A DNA stretch of 63,522 bases, the filler included, from Choristocarpus tenellus KU-1152 (lineage: Eukaryota > Protista > Phaeophyceae), in NCBI GenBank assembly GCA_964200185.2. It is 9 parts of 9 records of this genome, joined end to end, with 100 filler letters (N's around TTAATTAATTAA, not from the genome) between each part and the next. Parts side by side here need not be neighbours in the genome. Positions count along the whole stretch, not along the records: positions 22,897 to 43,794 come from CAXNAD020000371.1; positions 43,895 to 55,693 come from CAXNAD020002136.1; 7 more parts are not named here. One strand, given 5' to 3'. The notes below the pieces were generated by a model. That model was given only the letters and a program-made list of their open reading frames with translations, did no database searches and had not been told where the DNA came from. Below are positions 40,985-54,082 of the stretch, one piece after another (position 1 is the stretch's first letter; the number at the start of each line of letters is the position of its first letter). The position numbers and the translations under genes are program-made.

Positions 40985-42357
40985 CTGCCAAAAAAAAAAA
41001 GGTTCATTTATATATTTCAAGTCAGGTGGGGAACGCCTTCCAAACTACTGCACTGAAGTAGAGTACTTCCAACCCTCCTTATCTGTTTGCTCCGAAATGT
41101 ACAGCAACAATAAGGTTCTTCTGTGCCACTAAAACAGACATGCAGAAAACTCCTGCCTGTTAATGAATCCACGTAATAGAATAAATAGCCCACGTCAAGG
41201 TGGACTTGTGTCACACAACAACAATGTGCTCTTTGACTTGAACAAAGAAGAAAATCTCAGAAAAAGAAAAAACTTTTTCATGCAACTATTCACCAGAGAT
41301 ACGGAGGGGAAAGGAAGTGTCATAAAAAGGTACAGTTCCAGTACAAGTACAGTAATCACTTCTGGGTGGCAGCGGCGTTCCACTCAAGACTAATATTGGT
41401 ATATGCAACAAATTGGAAAAAAAACATTACAAAAAATAAAAAGCCGAAAGAACTTTCAGTAAAACTTGGTTGGATCCAAGCACCATGGGGCAAAAGTGCT
41501 CATTGACTTTATCAGGGCAGCTGCAAAGCTGCTTCTGCTTGAAAAATACGACCTACATCCCTTTGCGAGCTATTTCCTCACTACCAGACACGCCATCTTG
41601 TCATAAATGTGTTGAGAGGTGCTCTGACAAGAGGAACTCAACAAAATACACGACCAAATGTTGAGAAGAGGAAATTGTATAATATTTTTCAACCTACAAT
41701 TATTACTACAATTTGTGCATTGACACTTCTAGATAATGTCATGGTAAAGATTTAAAAAAATAAAGCGAACCGATAGAGTTAACACATCAGTGAACAAAAC
41801 AATCTGTATTGTCCACAGCTCACATCAAAGACTTTTCAGTATAACTCATAGTATTAATGAAGAGGTAGTAGAGCCATCTCCAACAATAAATAGGTAGTTC
41901 AGCTAAACTTCAAAACTGGTACTATGAAGCCCAACCTGAGAAAAAAAAACATTCACACATACTAAATTAAAATAAACACTCACACACCCTACAATGACTG
42001 GATTCCAGCCTCAAGGCAGTATGCATAGCTATGTTTTGGTCATTCTTGGGTGCCAGCCATGCATCCGGTACTGAGCAGGATGATGAGGAGACACATACAC
42101 AATATCAGAATCCAATCAATTTCTTTTAGGGGCTACAATAACCTCAAATATTAATATCATGCATTCCAACACTGCCTGTGTATAAATAACGTATGGTGAT
42201 GGTGTGGTCCCTATGCCTCCACTAGTGTCTGGCTGACTGAACTACACATGAACTACACAGGGGAGCAAGTGAGCGCATGAATCTTTTTATCAACAAAGTA
42301 CCAACCATACCACCATAATCCATGGGCTATCTATCTCACCCAAAATACTTGCAAAAA

Positions 42358-43389
42358 AAATACATTAAGTCCTTGCAACTGCATGATAATCTAAAGAAGC
42401 TCCTGATCTGCAACAGTGTCTCCATCATATCACCGTCTTCATCCAGCTCTTCAAAAACCAGAGTTGCAACCCTACTGAGAAAATTTTCACAAAATTATCA
42501 ACGTTGGGGGGGGGGGTGTCATTCAAAACCACTTCTCCAATCAGGAATACAGCCTGAGTTCCTGTAGCAGCTGTAAGATTGCGACTTGTGTTGCCAAGAC
42601 CACACTCATGCCATCTATGTTGCTCTAGTCTTCCAATCCTACTCTCAAGATGTACATGGGGGTTACGGCAGTACTTGTCAGACACTCATACTCCTCATGA
42701 CCAATACCAGTGTACCTATCACATCTCAAATCTGAAGTCTGTCCTGAACCCTTCCCTGTCTGACAGTCTGACCTGCTGCTCTATTCCCTTGTACTACTGC
42801 TCTCCTATTCATGGGAAAGGTTGCATTCATGTGGCCTACCATACCACACCTGTAACATTCAACACTGGAAGTTAATGCAGAGGCTGGAGTGAAAGTGTTG
42901 AATGCTATAGGTGTGGTAAGGTAGGCCACATGAAAGCTACCTTTCCCATGAATAGGAGAGCAGTAGTGCAAGGGAATAGAGCAGCAGGTCAGACTGTCAG
43001 GCAGGGAGGAGGTTCAGGACAGACTTCAGATTTAAGATGCGATAGGTGCACTGGTGTTGGTCATGAGTATCAGTGTCTGACTGGTATCCGTCACAATCCT
43101 CATACATATCTTGTACATAGGATTGAAGACTAGAGAAACAGAATAGCAGCACCCCAGCCTTGATAGTCTATGTCGCAGTCTTATAGGTGCTGCAGGTACT
43201 CAGGCTGTACTCTTGACTGGGAGTGAATGATACACTCCATAACATTGAATAAGAAGATTAGCTTCCTAGGGTTGCAGTTCTAGAGTTTGGAGGGCTGGAT
43301 GAAGACGGTGATATGATAGAGACACTGTTGAAGAGCAGGTGCTTCTTTCAATTATCTTACAGTTTGGAGAAAATGATGAAGATGTATTT
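42358..43389. repeat. Long inverted repeat (about 510-bp arms, about 27-nt loop)
   Basis: For example CAACAGTGTCTCCATCATATCACCGTCTTCATCCAGC (42411) pairs with GCTGGATGAAGACGGTGATATGATAGAGACACTGTTG (ends 43330); pairing continues inward to ~42866/42894. Confidence 0.92.
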
Positions 43390-46300
43390 CAAGGAGTTAT
43401 TATGAGGACTTGCCAGGCTTAAGATTAAGATTGACATAGGTCTTAGAGGATACAAAAGGGCTGTGAATAGCATGGAGTACAATATCGTCACAGGTGTTGG
43501 GATAGGTGATGTGACAGACATAGACACCACCGGTGGAGCTGCAGATACTGTTGGAGTACCTAAACAATGATGTGATAGCAATCCCCTAGTGATACCAGAT
43601 GATAGGCACATCGCAGATACATAGATACTGTAGTCCCTTCAGTATCATCCGATTGTGTATTGTTGCCTCTATTGAAGGTGTCCTCTCTGTATACGATAGA
43701 GTATGTGGATGCATACATACATGTACACTGGGTGTACATTGCTGACACCTTGTACTTTGCAATCCAGTCTGCAAGATGTAGCTGCATAGGCATGNNNNNN
43801 NNNNNNNNNNNNNNNNNNNNNNNNNNNNNNNNNNNNNNTTAATTAATTAANNNNNNNNNNNNNNNNNNNNNNNNNNNNNNNNNNNNNNNNNNNNCTGGTG
43901 TAGATCCCCCCTCCCCCCCAGATACTCTGGGTCGATATGCAAAGCAAGCTGTCGAAACCATGCCAACCTCCTCAAAAATATATTCATGCACACATCAATA
44001 TTATTTGCTCAAGGTCCACTGATCTTTTTTTGCTATCAGTCTTGACTATGACAGTCTGCACCTTCATGACATATTGAGAAGTTGTGGTTGGACAATTGAA
44101 CACAGCCAAACCATGCATCACCCAGCGCAACCATGTCTGTGTCCTGGAAGACTTAACCTACCAAAAGTCGGAATTAGATCCATGTGTGAGAGTCATCTTC
44201 CAAAGAAGGTATACCTTGAAGGTATCCTATCTTGAAGAATCTGATATTCATATGACACATGTTTTTATGTTGAAGGTAACATCTGCTTGAAGTAAATAGC
44301 GGGTGGTTTGAGGGGACCTTGCATACCCCCCTCATTCACTTTCCACTTGATCACTCTTTCTTGAGTGATCTTCTGAGGGATTGCTCTCCCTCTTGCCTTG
44401 TCTCTCTTCATTTCTTGCTTGCTGTGGGTCTTTCCGCTCCCCTTCAGTCTGAAGAACCTATCGGCTTGTTTCCATCGGTTTCACACATACATGTCGATTA
44501 TTATACATTTTTTTCCCTGTTATTTTTTTCAGTGCATAATCTTAGGAGGATGCTGGGAGTACAAAACAGTACAATGAACACAAGGGAACAACCGCTTGTT
44601 GGGTGACTGATGAGTGCATGCAGTGATATGAATTTATGTCTACGAGGCGAAAGTTGGGAGCAGTGTATGGTAGTTGTGGTAATATCTGTATCTGTGATGT
44701 GCCAAGACTCGGTAGCACACCATCAACTTTCTACGATAGTATGTGGACATTGCACACTTATATCATTTATTTGTATCTAAGAACAACGAATAGTTCGTCA
44801 TATCTGCTCTGCCCCATCTTTGTTGAATGCGGAGTTGGTGTACACATACTTAGGAGTTTTTGGTACCAACCTTGCCAGTAATGGTCTATACCTCAACATC
44901 GCTGTGTTGACGTTTGTGGGTGAGTACGAAGTTGACTTGTTACATCAAAAAACCAATGCTCTATACATTCGCTCGGAAAAACCTGAGTAAGTCCTACTGA
45001 ACAATTTGCACCCAAGGAATTAATGTAGTGTGGTAAAAAAATCAAACGAATTAGTCTCGAGTCTATCACAAATCAGCTCAAAAAGATTGCATGTTGAGTG
45101 CGCTCAGTAATTGAATCAAAGTGTGTGCATAGAGCATGGGGCAAGGAATGCACACTGTCAACACAGGGAGGAAGTCAAAAAGCAAATCACACATACCTGT
45201 GAGAACAAAATCAATCGAGAAGTCTACATTGCAAACTCAAATTCTCTTTGATCTACCAAAGTAACTCGACTAAACCATCACTATTTACGAACACTAATTT
45301 ATGCTTTTTCTTTTCTGACCATGAGGGCCTCTGACGTATCGTAAGGTCATCCGATATCCTCACCTGTCTAGAGATCTAGAAAACAAAATGACTCATAAAC
45401 ACTAAAATCTTTAACAGATAATGACTCAATACTTAATGATTATTGATGTAACAGTCCTGGCAAAATATCAAAACTTATCCAAATCTCGTTGGTGCCCAAC
45501 ACGCCCCAAGTCACATCACCAAAAACCGACAAAATAATATTTCTTGTCCGATTTGATGACTTTCCTATGACCTTAGAACAGATCGTTGGTAGAAGCAAAC
45601 TACTTTACAACACACAATACATGCACACGTACAATGCCTTCATTAGGTGGTTATGGCACAACACTGATTCACAACCGTGTTCTTTTAAACCCAGCAGCAC
45701 ATCACTAGGTCTCAGATTCAATGTTTGTCTGAGGTTCTTTTCAAGGCTAAGAATAATACCACATGCTCATCTAGGTAATGAGATTCCTACTACGTCAAGG
45801 TGTGCACCATGGACTTAACCTCCTTGGTGAATGATCTCTGTCATGATCCCCCCCACCTCTTGCACATTGTGGAAATGAAAGAAAGTATTAGACAGGCCTG
45901 TCTTGTTGCTGTACTGGCTACAACCGCAGAACAGACAAATGCATGAGTTGTTGCAGTGGTTAACAAGCGATACCTGCCTCTGTGCGCATTGTGTGGCACT
46001 CCCTCCTATCACCAAGGTGATTTCTGCTCAGATCAAAACATTGAATCCTACATTCAAGATCATCATTGCAGCATACATAGAGTCAACCATTTCTAGAGGT
46101 CAACAAGTGCTTCAATCATGGAGGGGGGGAGTAAAAGCAAGGGATTGAATATGGGGAGTGTTTATGTATGTTGGGGGTGACAGAGAGTTCCTTTCAGTGG
46201 ATTGCCCTCTTAAGCATTGCCTTCTCCTTCATTGCTCATCATGCACGTACATACTACAATGTGCACATGTGCCTCAAAAAACAAGAGTCCCCTCATTTTG

Positions 46301-47050
46301 TCATTCAATGCGGGGAGAGTGGTGGGGGGAAGGTTACATAGATGGACACAAACACAATGCATTCTGCATTTAACGCCATCACAAACATATGCCACAGACC
46401 TTCTTCAAGCCCAAGTAACACCTCTGCCACAGGTATAACAAGTACCACATCCACCACCCTTGCCCTCCTCAAAGTGACCTTCTACCATCACATCAACACA
46501 TACCACAAACCACTTAACAGTCTAAACCACATTACACAAACACAAATATCTACTGGAGATGTACTGAAGCATCGATGGCACACCCCATAACAGTATACCC
46601 ACAAAGGCATCTGCTGGAGGTGCCAGGCAGAACGCATTGTCTGAAGAGCAATGCCTCCTTTCATCCCCTTCCAGTCCTTCTCAGACCTATCAAAGTAAAA
46701 GAGCAGTAACACGCTTCATAACACAGCGAGACTGAAAGGACACGGGGGAAATCCCTCAGGGAATGAAACTGAACACATCACGACAGTAAATTACACACAC
46801 ACACACACATAGACACAGCACACATGCTGCACTTCAAGTTCTCAACTTGTACCCTCAAGTATAAATGAGTACAAACCCACCCTTAGAGGATATACCAGTA
46901 TCTTACACGTGTCTATACTGAAAAATAGTTCTCTCTGAGGTGTAGTGCATACTTGACAGTGAGGATAGCCCTTGCTATCATCACCCAGCTCTAGACCTTG
47001 TAAGATTAACAAGCAGGGTCTCGACATGGGCATGGGGTGTTAAGGTCTGT

Positions 47051-49065
47051 TCAGCGCTTGCTCGCCCCCCCTTTCCGTCTTCCCCAAGCTTGCTTTGATG
47101 TGTACGTCACAGGTGGAGCTACACGACCATGCCCCACCTCCACCCACTCATCCCACCTCGCATTCCATTTGTAGTAGTGCACATAGATCTGCATCCACAC
47201 CATACGATGAGTTTGGGGCCAGGTTGAGCATCAGAAGGTGAGTTGATGGTGTGTGCGGATTGGGATTACTCTCCTTTGATGTATGCACTGCAAAACACAT
47301 CACTTTGAAGCTTTAGCAGTTCTTTGTAATTCTAGGATCCAAGTAGCTCAAATGCAATAATAACACGTAGAATGAGCATAACCAATTCCTCCAACTGTAT
47401 CTTCTCAATTGTTTGCCTCTGGGAGGTCATGATAGCCTTTCGTATATGCAGCTAATGAGTACCATAGGTCTTAGCTTAGGTTGCGGAAAGAGGGAGAAAG
47501 TTCACCTGAGTCCCCTGAAGCTCCTTGATAACACCTGGGAGCCAGTTGTCCTGACAGTCCTTCACATCTACATCAACTCCTGGAGCCAGCTCCAGGTCCC
47601 CTAAAAACACAAACATAAAGAGGCATGGATAAGATAGATGAGGTCCCACTGAGGGAATAGTTCATATACTGTTGAAAATATCTGTGTGGTAGTTGTACTA
47701 ACAAGACAAAACAAATGATACACAACTCAAATATATCTTAGTGCCACCCTTGAAAGAGACCATAAAACCCTTTGAACCCCAAGATATGTGATTGTGTGTC
47801 AGTCGACTCACTAACCTCTTTGTTGTTGACCCCATTAGCATATGGGCACTATCTAACAGATACTGATACATAATGTGAATTGGAACAAATTTCTCACATA
47901 ACATACAGCGCCATGACCTCACCATGACCAAAGGGGTACTGGATTTCTAATTGCGAGTTGTATTGAGCTTACTAAAACAATTATTGCAGTGGTACCATAT
48001 TGTTTGACATGCTCACCTAGTTTCAGAGGCTTCTGCTCCGGCTTTGGAAGGTTGTCCCCTAGCTTGGTTGCAAGTTTTGACAGTGCTTGTTGCCGCTTCT
48101 TTTGATCTGATGTCTTCAGTGCCCTATTGTCCGAACATCAATTGGGGTAGGGGTGGGGGATCTTTGGTAACATCACAACAGTAGTGCGAGGGCACGCGCA
48201 TACTGTGAGGCTTCTGCTGTGTCCAAGAACAGGGAGTTTGTCATCTGAGCCACGTACATGTAGGGTCTATCTAGGGCAAACACCACACACTATACACAAA
48301 CATGGGGTAACTAAACGATAAGCTCGACTTGAAGGGACAATTTATGTATGGTAGGTACATACTGGGTCCAAATAACCTAGAATGTTCGATTCAATCATCC
48401 TTATCTTTCTATCAATTCACCCCATCCACGAGTTGCTAAAAGCTACGGGGGAGGTGGGTATTTCCAGGACAGTGTAGAGACCAGGTCCAACCTCACGTAT
48501 TTAGACGAATCAACGTGTCCAGTGGGTACTCGTGACCCACTCAAAGCTCTATAGCAGAAAGGTTGACCCACAAAGCTTTCACTCACCCATCCACCACATC
48601 TGTAACGTAGTCCGGTATGTGTAAGTCCCTGTACGGTTGCATCGATCATGGTGGCATAAGGGGATTGGTTGGAGTGAAATATTTACAACCAAACGGCTGT
48701 CAAAACGAGTTATTTATTTTGAAATGTGAAGGTAAACATATCCAGCGCAGAGGGAGACGATAACTCACACTTTAAGGCGTTTCATGATCTCCCTTCTGGC
48801 TTGGTTGCGCTGCGAATCGATTTTGCCGCCTGTCTTGGGCTGAAACAGAACTGCGAGCACAGCGAAGTAAGCCTTGTGCTCTAAGGCGCAAACAGTTGGT
48901 CGAAGTGGCGGAATGGATGCGATGAAGATATACTTTTCAGTTTGAATTCACAGCCTAGATAACCATTCCTCGTACAATGGGAATTCCAGGACCGGTATTT
49001 GTACCAACCTTGACGTACAACAGTCCAAGGGCGCTTCCGCTTCTGTCCTGCCGACTCGTTGTCAT
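47051..49065 (-). CDS. Chromo-barrel (Tudor-knot) domain protein, uncharacterised
   Basis: Exons 49065-49009, 48839-48769, 48266-48204, 48123-48017, 47600-47506, 47188-; gives MTTSRQ...GVDVDVKDCQDNWLPGVIKELQGTQ/IYVHYYKWNARWDEWVEV. As assembled it stops at TGA 47053-47051; further exon-like blocks continue to ~44060. Confidence 0.75.
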
Positions 49066-49535
49066 CACCCATCGCCTCCGAGATTGAATCAAGCAAAGCT
49101 TCAGAAAATCGAGTGACTCACATACACACTAAAATCAACTTAGTTCTTGTTTGGACCCAACCCCTTCCTTTTTCTCCCTCCACATTAGATCCCTTTCTAC
49201 ATTTAGATTGATTGGGTGGGTGGTCGATTAGAAAGGGGGCAAGGTTCCTCCACGTGGAGATATACTCAATCTCTCATTGGTCCACCTAATGAAACTTCTT
49301 GTTCACCCGACAACAAACAAAAATCGAGAAAGACAGAAAGTGAAAAAAACTGTGGTGGATCAACGATCGGACACACTCAGTAGAAGGGACACCATAGCAA
49401 CATTAGATTCAGTCCTAGTTATTACGACTTTATACCAAGGAGCTGTTTTCGATCCCGCCTTCCAATCATCGAGAAGGGAGGCCATTTTTGAAAAGAGAGT
49501 CAACCGTCAACGTTGGCGACGTCCAGATTTTCAGG
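49066..49535. promoter_or_regulatory. Putative bidirectional promoter region (470 bp)
   Basis: Lies between divergent ATGs at 49065 (-) and 49536 (+); surrounding exons are CpG-rich. Confidence 0.6.
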
Positions 49536-52500
49536 ATGTATCGGCGACAGGCATTGATTGCTTTGCTAGGATTATTCTGTCTGGTGACAGGTTCTGATGG
49601 TAAGATTATGGGAATACCAATCGCTGTTATTACTATGTCTTTTCCTCTCCTAATCTTCCACTCGGGCGTTATCCCACTTATAGGGTACGGTTAGTCAAGC
49701 GTGCTCCCCAGATTTCGTTACCCCAGTCACAATAGTAGCCTCAATTCTGCATTCTTGGTTTCCCTGTATACGCATTAAGGACACCCCAAAAGATAGATTG
49801 ATGGAAAATAGATGCGGGGATCTAGTTGGTGCCACAAAGTTCTGATACATTGCCAACTACCCGCACTTTGCAGTTGAGGTGACGTGCGGAAGCGCTACGA
49901 AGCTTCGCCATGTGCAGAGCAAGTATCACCTTCACTCTCACGGTATCAACTGGGGAAGTGGAAGCGGCCAGCAGAGTGTCACCGCTCACGGTAGTGAGGA
50001 TGATCAGGGAGGGCTTTGGTTGGTAAGAGCTCGCAGACCTCTGTATGCCACCTCACGAAATTGTTTGTACACCAATTCAGAACCCCATCACGATGACTGC
50101 TCAACAGCCCCCTTTCCATGGACCGACTGTCGAGACCTGACACCCAACTTTTTATCGTTTCGATTCGGATTGAACGCGAGAGGCCCGGTGCTTGATGACT
50201 CACGCCCTGTGACTTTTCGTTGCCTCAAAAGGTGAAGGAAGCAGAGGGTGCGCTTCCGTGCGAGGCGGGGGAGCCGATAAAATGTGGGAGCTTCGTCCGT
50301 CTTGAACATGTGCTGACTGGGAAGAATCTGCATTCCCACTTCTTTACTTCGCCACTCTCAAGGCAACAGGAGGTTGGTCCATGTTTGAGGAGGTTGGTGT
50401 GTATATATGGGGGGAGTACAGGATCGCGATATGCTTGCCTTCACCGTACTTACTGCTGTGTTGAAGTAACCGTGTGGAAATCACGAGCCTTACATGGTAT
50501 GTTTGGTTCATGAAACCAAATACTCAAGGTTTTCTAAGGCGCACCAATTGACCAGACCCAAAATTGTATGTTTCATAAAAATATTTGAACAGAAACTACC
50601 ATCCTGTTCAAATAAAGTAAAGTTGCCTGCTTTACGTTTCACCTCCGCTTCTTCGAATAACCGAACCAGCATATGTTCCCCTCAAGGTAGCAGACGACCT
50701 CAGGCCTGTAAGCAGTTGTTGGCTCATGCCTCTACAGACTGTCCACTCGAACCAACCTGGGCAATGTCATTTGGGGTATGAGGGACAAGGGGGAGGGAGG
50801 GTTCTGTATGTAGGTTTGGTATCATCCAGATGCCAGTTCATCTAGACATCTAATCTTGAGATGGCCTTGAATGTGCAAGGCAATGTTATCTCTCTGCTTT
50901 GAGACTTTTTTGTAGTGCACCAGATGATGCAGATATATAGGGTAGACTTCAACACGGCATTCACTACCGTGGTTAGACAAGAGCCACCCCTGAATAGTTC
51001 TTTGTGGGCATGGTACATCTTCTGAGGCTGCATGGTGCTTTCTGAAGATTGTAACATCGATAAAGTCATTGTGACAAGTGTTGTCAACGTGCCTGCAATG
51101 TTGGGGACCTACTACTAGTATCAAGACGTGTTTTTCTTTACGTGTTGGAAATGGTTCTTCCAGTTAGTTCTAACTAAACACCTGTGTGTTGCTGGAACAC
51201 AAATCGACAGCATTTTATTTATTTTATCAGAAAGTTTACAGATTGCTGTAAGACAGCAAGGGGCGTTACGAATCGATGGGGTCCATTTTGTTTAGATAAA
51301 AAGTTCACATGGTTCACAAGAGCGCATTGAAATTATTGCTCATATATATCCTATATATATATATCTGATTTCCTACGCCGTAATCCTTCTTTCAAAGATG
51401 AGGAGTCCGCTGTGCTTGGTGTCTTGCGTCTACACATACCGAAACCTCACCACTGGTGGAGCACAAAGTCACGAATCGAATTTTCCCTGTGTACCCATGA
51501 GTTCCAGAGAAGACAACTTTTTTTTGTTCATTGAACGAGGTAAATGGCGATCCCAGAGATAGATATCTTTCCGTCCAGCAAAGGTTGACGTTTTTTTTTT
51601 GTGGTATATGGGCCCGACATGATATCGCTCAGCACAGGAATTTAATTATCGCTAACTCCCTCCGTTTGCACCATCAGGTCTACTGCTGCTTAGTTTTTAT
51701 TGCAGTGACTTGATTTGTTTGCAAAAGTCTACTCTTTTTTTTCTTTTCTTTTTTTTTGGGCGGGGGGCTTTTTTTTTGGGCTTGCCTAACTAAGCAAACA
51801 TAATTTTTTTAGTCTTTATCGCAGGCAAGTCTTTCGACTGCCATCAGTGTGTGTTCCGATGAGGTTATTCCAACCTCTTCCTATTCGATGATTGCTAATG
51901 TAGCACTTTTGAAGTATGTCGAGGTTAATCTCGGGGACTCGTTTTTTCTAGTAACGAAGTCAGTTCATTATTCTAGGTAGAGCTGGCCCTAAGGTCCATT
52001 TTTTCCTTGCTTAGTTGAAATATTTGAAACGTTTAAAATGTTTGAAACGCGGGTGTTTATTCACGGGTTAGGGTTAGGGAAAACAGTTGCCCCTTTGCCA
52101 CCGGGGGGCGTTTGATTTGTGTGCTGCTAACTTGTGCTTTCAGTATGGAGATTGAAACATCTCTACTGATGTTTTGGGGTGATGCGCTCAGTGCATTGAT
52201 GAAACGGAAAATAATAGTACAATTGTACAGTGACTAGAAGACTGTTATTTGGAGAGGAGATCACTGAATGCCCTCTGCAAGGGTCCCTTCATTCGTTGTG
52301 CAGGTGTGAAGTAAATGGATACTCTCTCTCTCTCTCTCTTGCCCTCCCTCCCTCCCTCCCTCCCTCCCTCTGTAGAACAGGTGTAGAACAGGTGTAGAAC
52401 AGTTCACCTCCGGCGCTTAGTTCTACGACATGCGTGTGTATTCACAAGAAGAGAGGGGAAGAGGAAAAGGATACGCAAAAGAGATATCCCCTGAGGATGA

Positions 52501-52784
52501 ACAACACGAAGAGATTTGCCGTTGCATATCGAGCACGCCACCCTCAACGAACAAAACCAAAACCAAAAAGTATAACTGTGAGAGTGGAGTACTCAGTTAA
52601 AAAAAAAAAAACCCGACAGTTAACATTGTGGCCCCCCTACGTGTAGTAACGGTTGGACGATTTTTGAATGCGCATTCCAGACTGTAGTAGCTTTTTTTGA
52701 CAGTACTTGTGAAGCAGGTTCAGTCTTGATTATAAATATCTTTGCCCTCAACCACCCTCTCCTCCTAATCCCCATCCCCCCCCA

Positions 52785-52816
<32 letters not shown>

Positions 52817-54082
52817 CTCCTTTCCTGCACTCATCAGGTGAGTTGTTTTGGGGAAAGCGGGGAGGGGGACACGGGCGACACATGGGTAGTAGAGTGCACT
52901 CGTTCCAGTGACGAAGCATGGGTAAGAGGAGGACAGGTGCGACTCAAGCATAAGGATACTAAGAGGTGAGAGTCGTGTTCCTATTTACATGCTGGCTTTA
53001 TTTCTCGATTGAAGTTTTTTTTTTAACAGGATGGGAGGGGGGAGGGGGGGTGACAGCGGTTGTGCCCGCAGAAAGAATAAGAACGAGAAGTGAATCTGGC
53101 GTAGTGGTCAGAGGCACTACCCTCTTGCCTTCATCCGTGCCTTTCTTCTCTCTCCCCTGTTGTTGGGTTCAGCCACCCCACCTTGTTTCAGATTTTACCT
53201 GTTTGATTCTGTACGTAGTGAGGTTTAGGGCAGTAGAGGTGAAAAAAATCGATGGTGCTTTCGGAGTGAATATTTTGGATAATCAAAACCTGATTCCCCT
53301 CAAAAAGGAAGAGACTGGCAACAAGCAGGCTCCTACCCGCATGCTCTACTGAGGAGGGGGGAACAGTGACTTTCGTCCGCAAAGCTAGAAGGACGTTGGA
53401 GTCCTGCTCGTGAAAGTGTGTTGCCACTGTGGTCTCTATATAGCTCTTAAGGAACCAACGCGTTATTCCTTCTGTATCAGACCCCGCAATTTCCAACATT
53501 GGGATGTCCAGAAATGGGTACCGGATTGATATTGTGTGTACAAAGTAGCTTTTGGGAGTATTGTATTGGAACAGGCTGGTGTGAGTGGGTAGTAATGTTG
53601 TTTGTCCGAGAGCACTCGATGTAAGACGTGAATTCTTGTTGAAGAACCAGCTAGAGTGCAGTTGTTGAATGTATTGCCACTGCATTATAGCATCCATGGG
53701 TTTCCACACATATTTGAGTGTATATTGCTGACTTTTGATGTCCTCGGTGCCAACCTTGGCTCAGACCGTCCGCCTCTTATCTCTTTCCCTAACCCTTCAA
53801 ATAGAAACACTAGCTTTGTGTGTGTGTATGTGTGTGTGAGTGTTGTGTGTATCATTCCCAACGCTGATGCTATCTCATCTTTCACCAACTCTGTTCTTTT
53901 TTTTACCTTGTTGCAATGGTGAAAGGTATCTCCAAGCAAGCACTGGGAGTAAGTTCAACTCTGGGAACTGCCCGAACAACTGCCCTATTTTGGGGCAGCT
54001 GGAGGTGAGCGGTATACAGACTGCAGGAAGTACAACCACGTGGACTGCAGATCAGGGGATGTACCTTGCCTCCACCAGCTAG
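49536..54082 (+). CDS. SDF2: Stromal cell-derived factor 2-like ER protein (MIR repeats)
   Basis: Exons 49536-49599 (signal peptide MYRRQALIALLGLFCLVTG), 49874-50022 (VTCGS..LHSH..WGSGSGQQSVT), 50232-50372 (CGSFVRLEHVLTGKNLHSHFFTSPLSRQQE), 52838-52965 (VSCFGESGEGDTGDTW), 53926-54082 (CPILGQLEV..W..DQGMYL*). Complete ORF. Confidence 0.95.
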
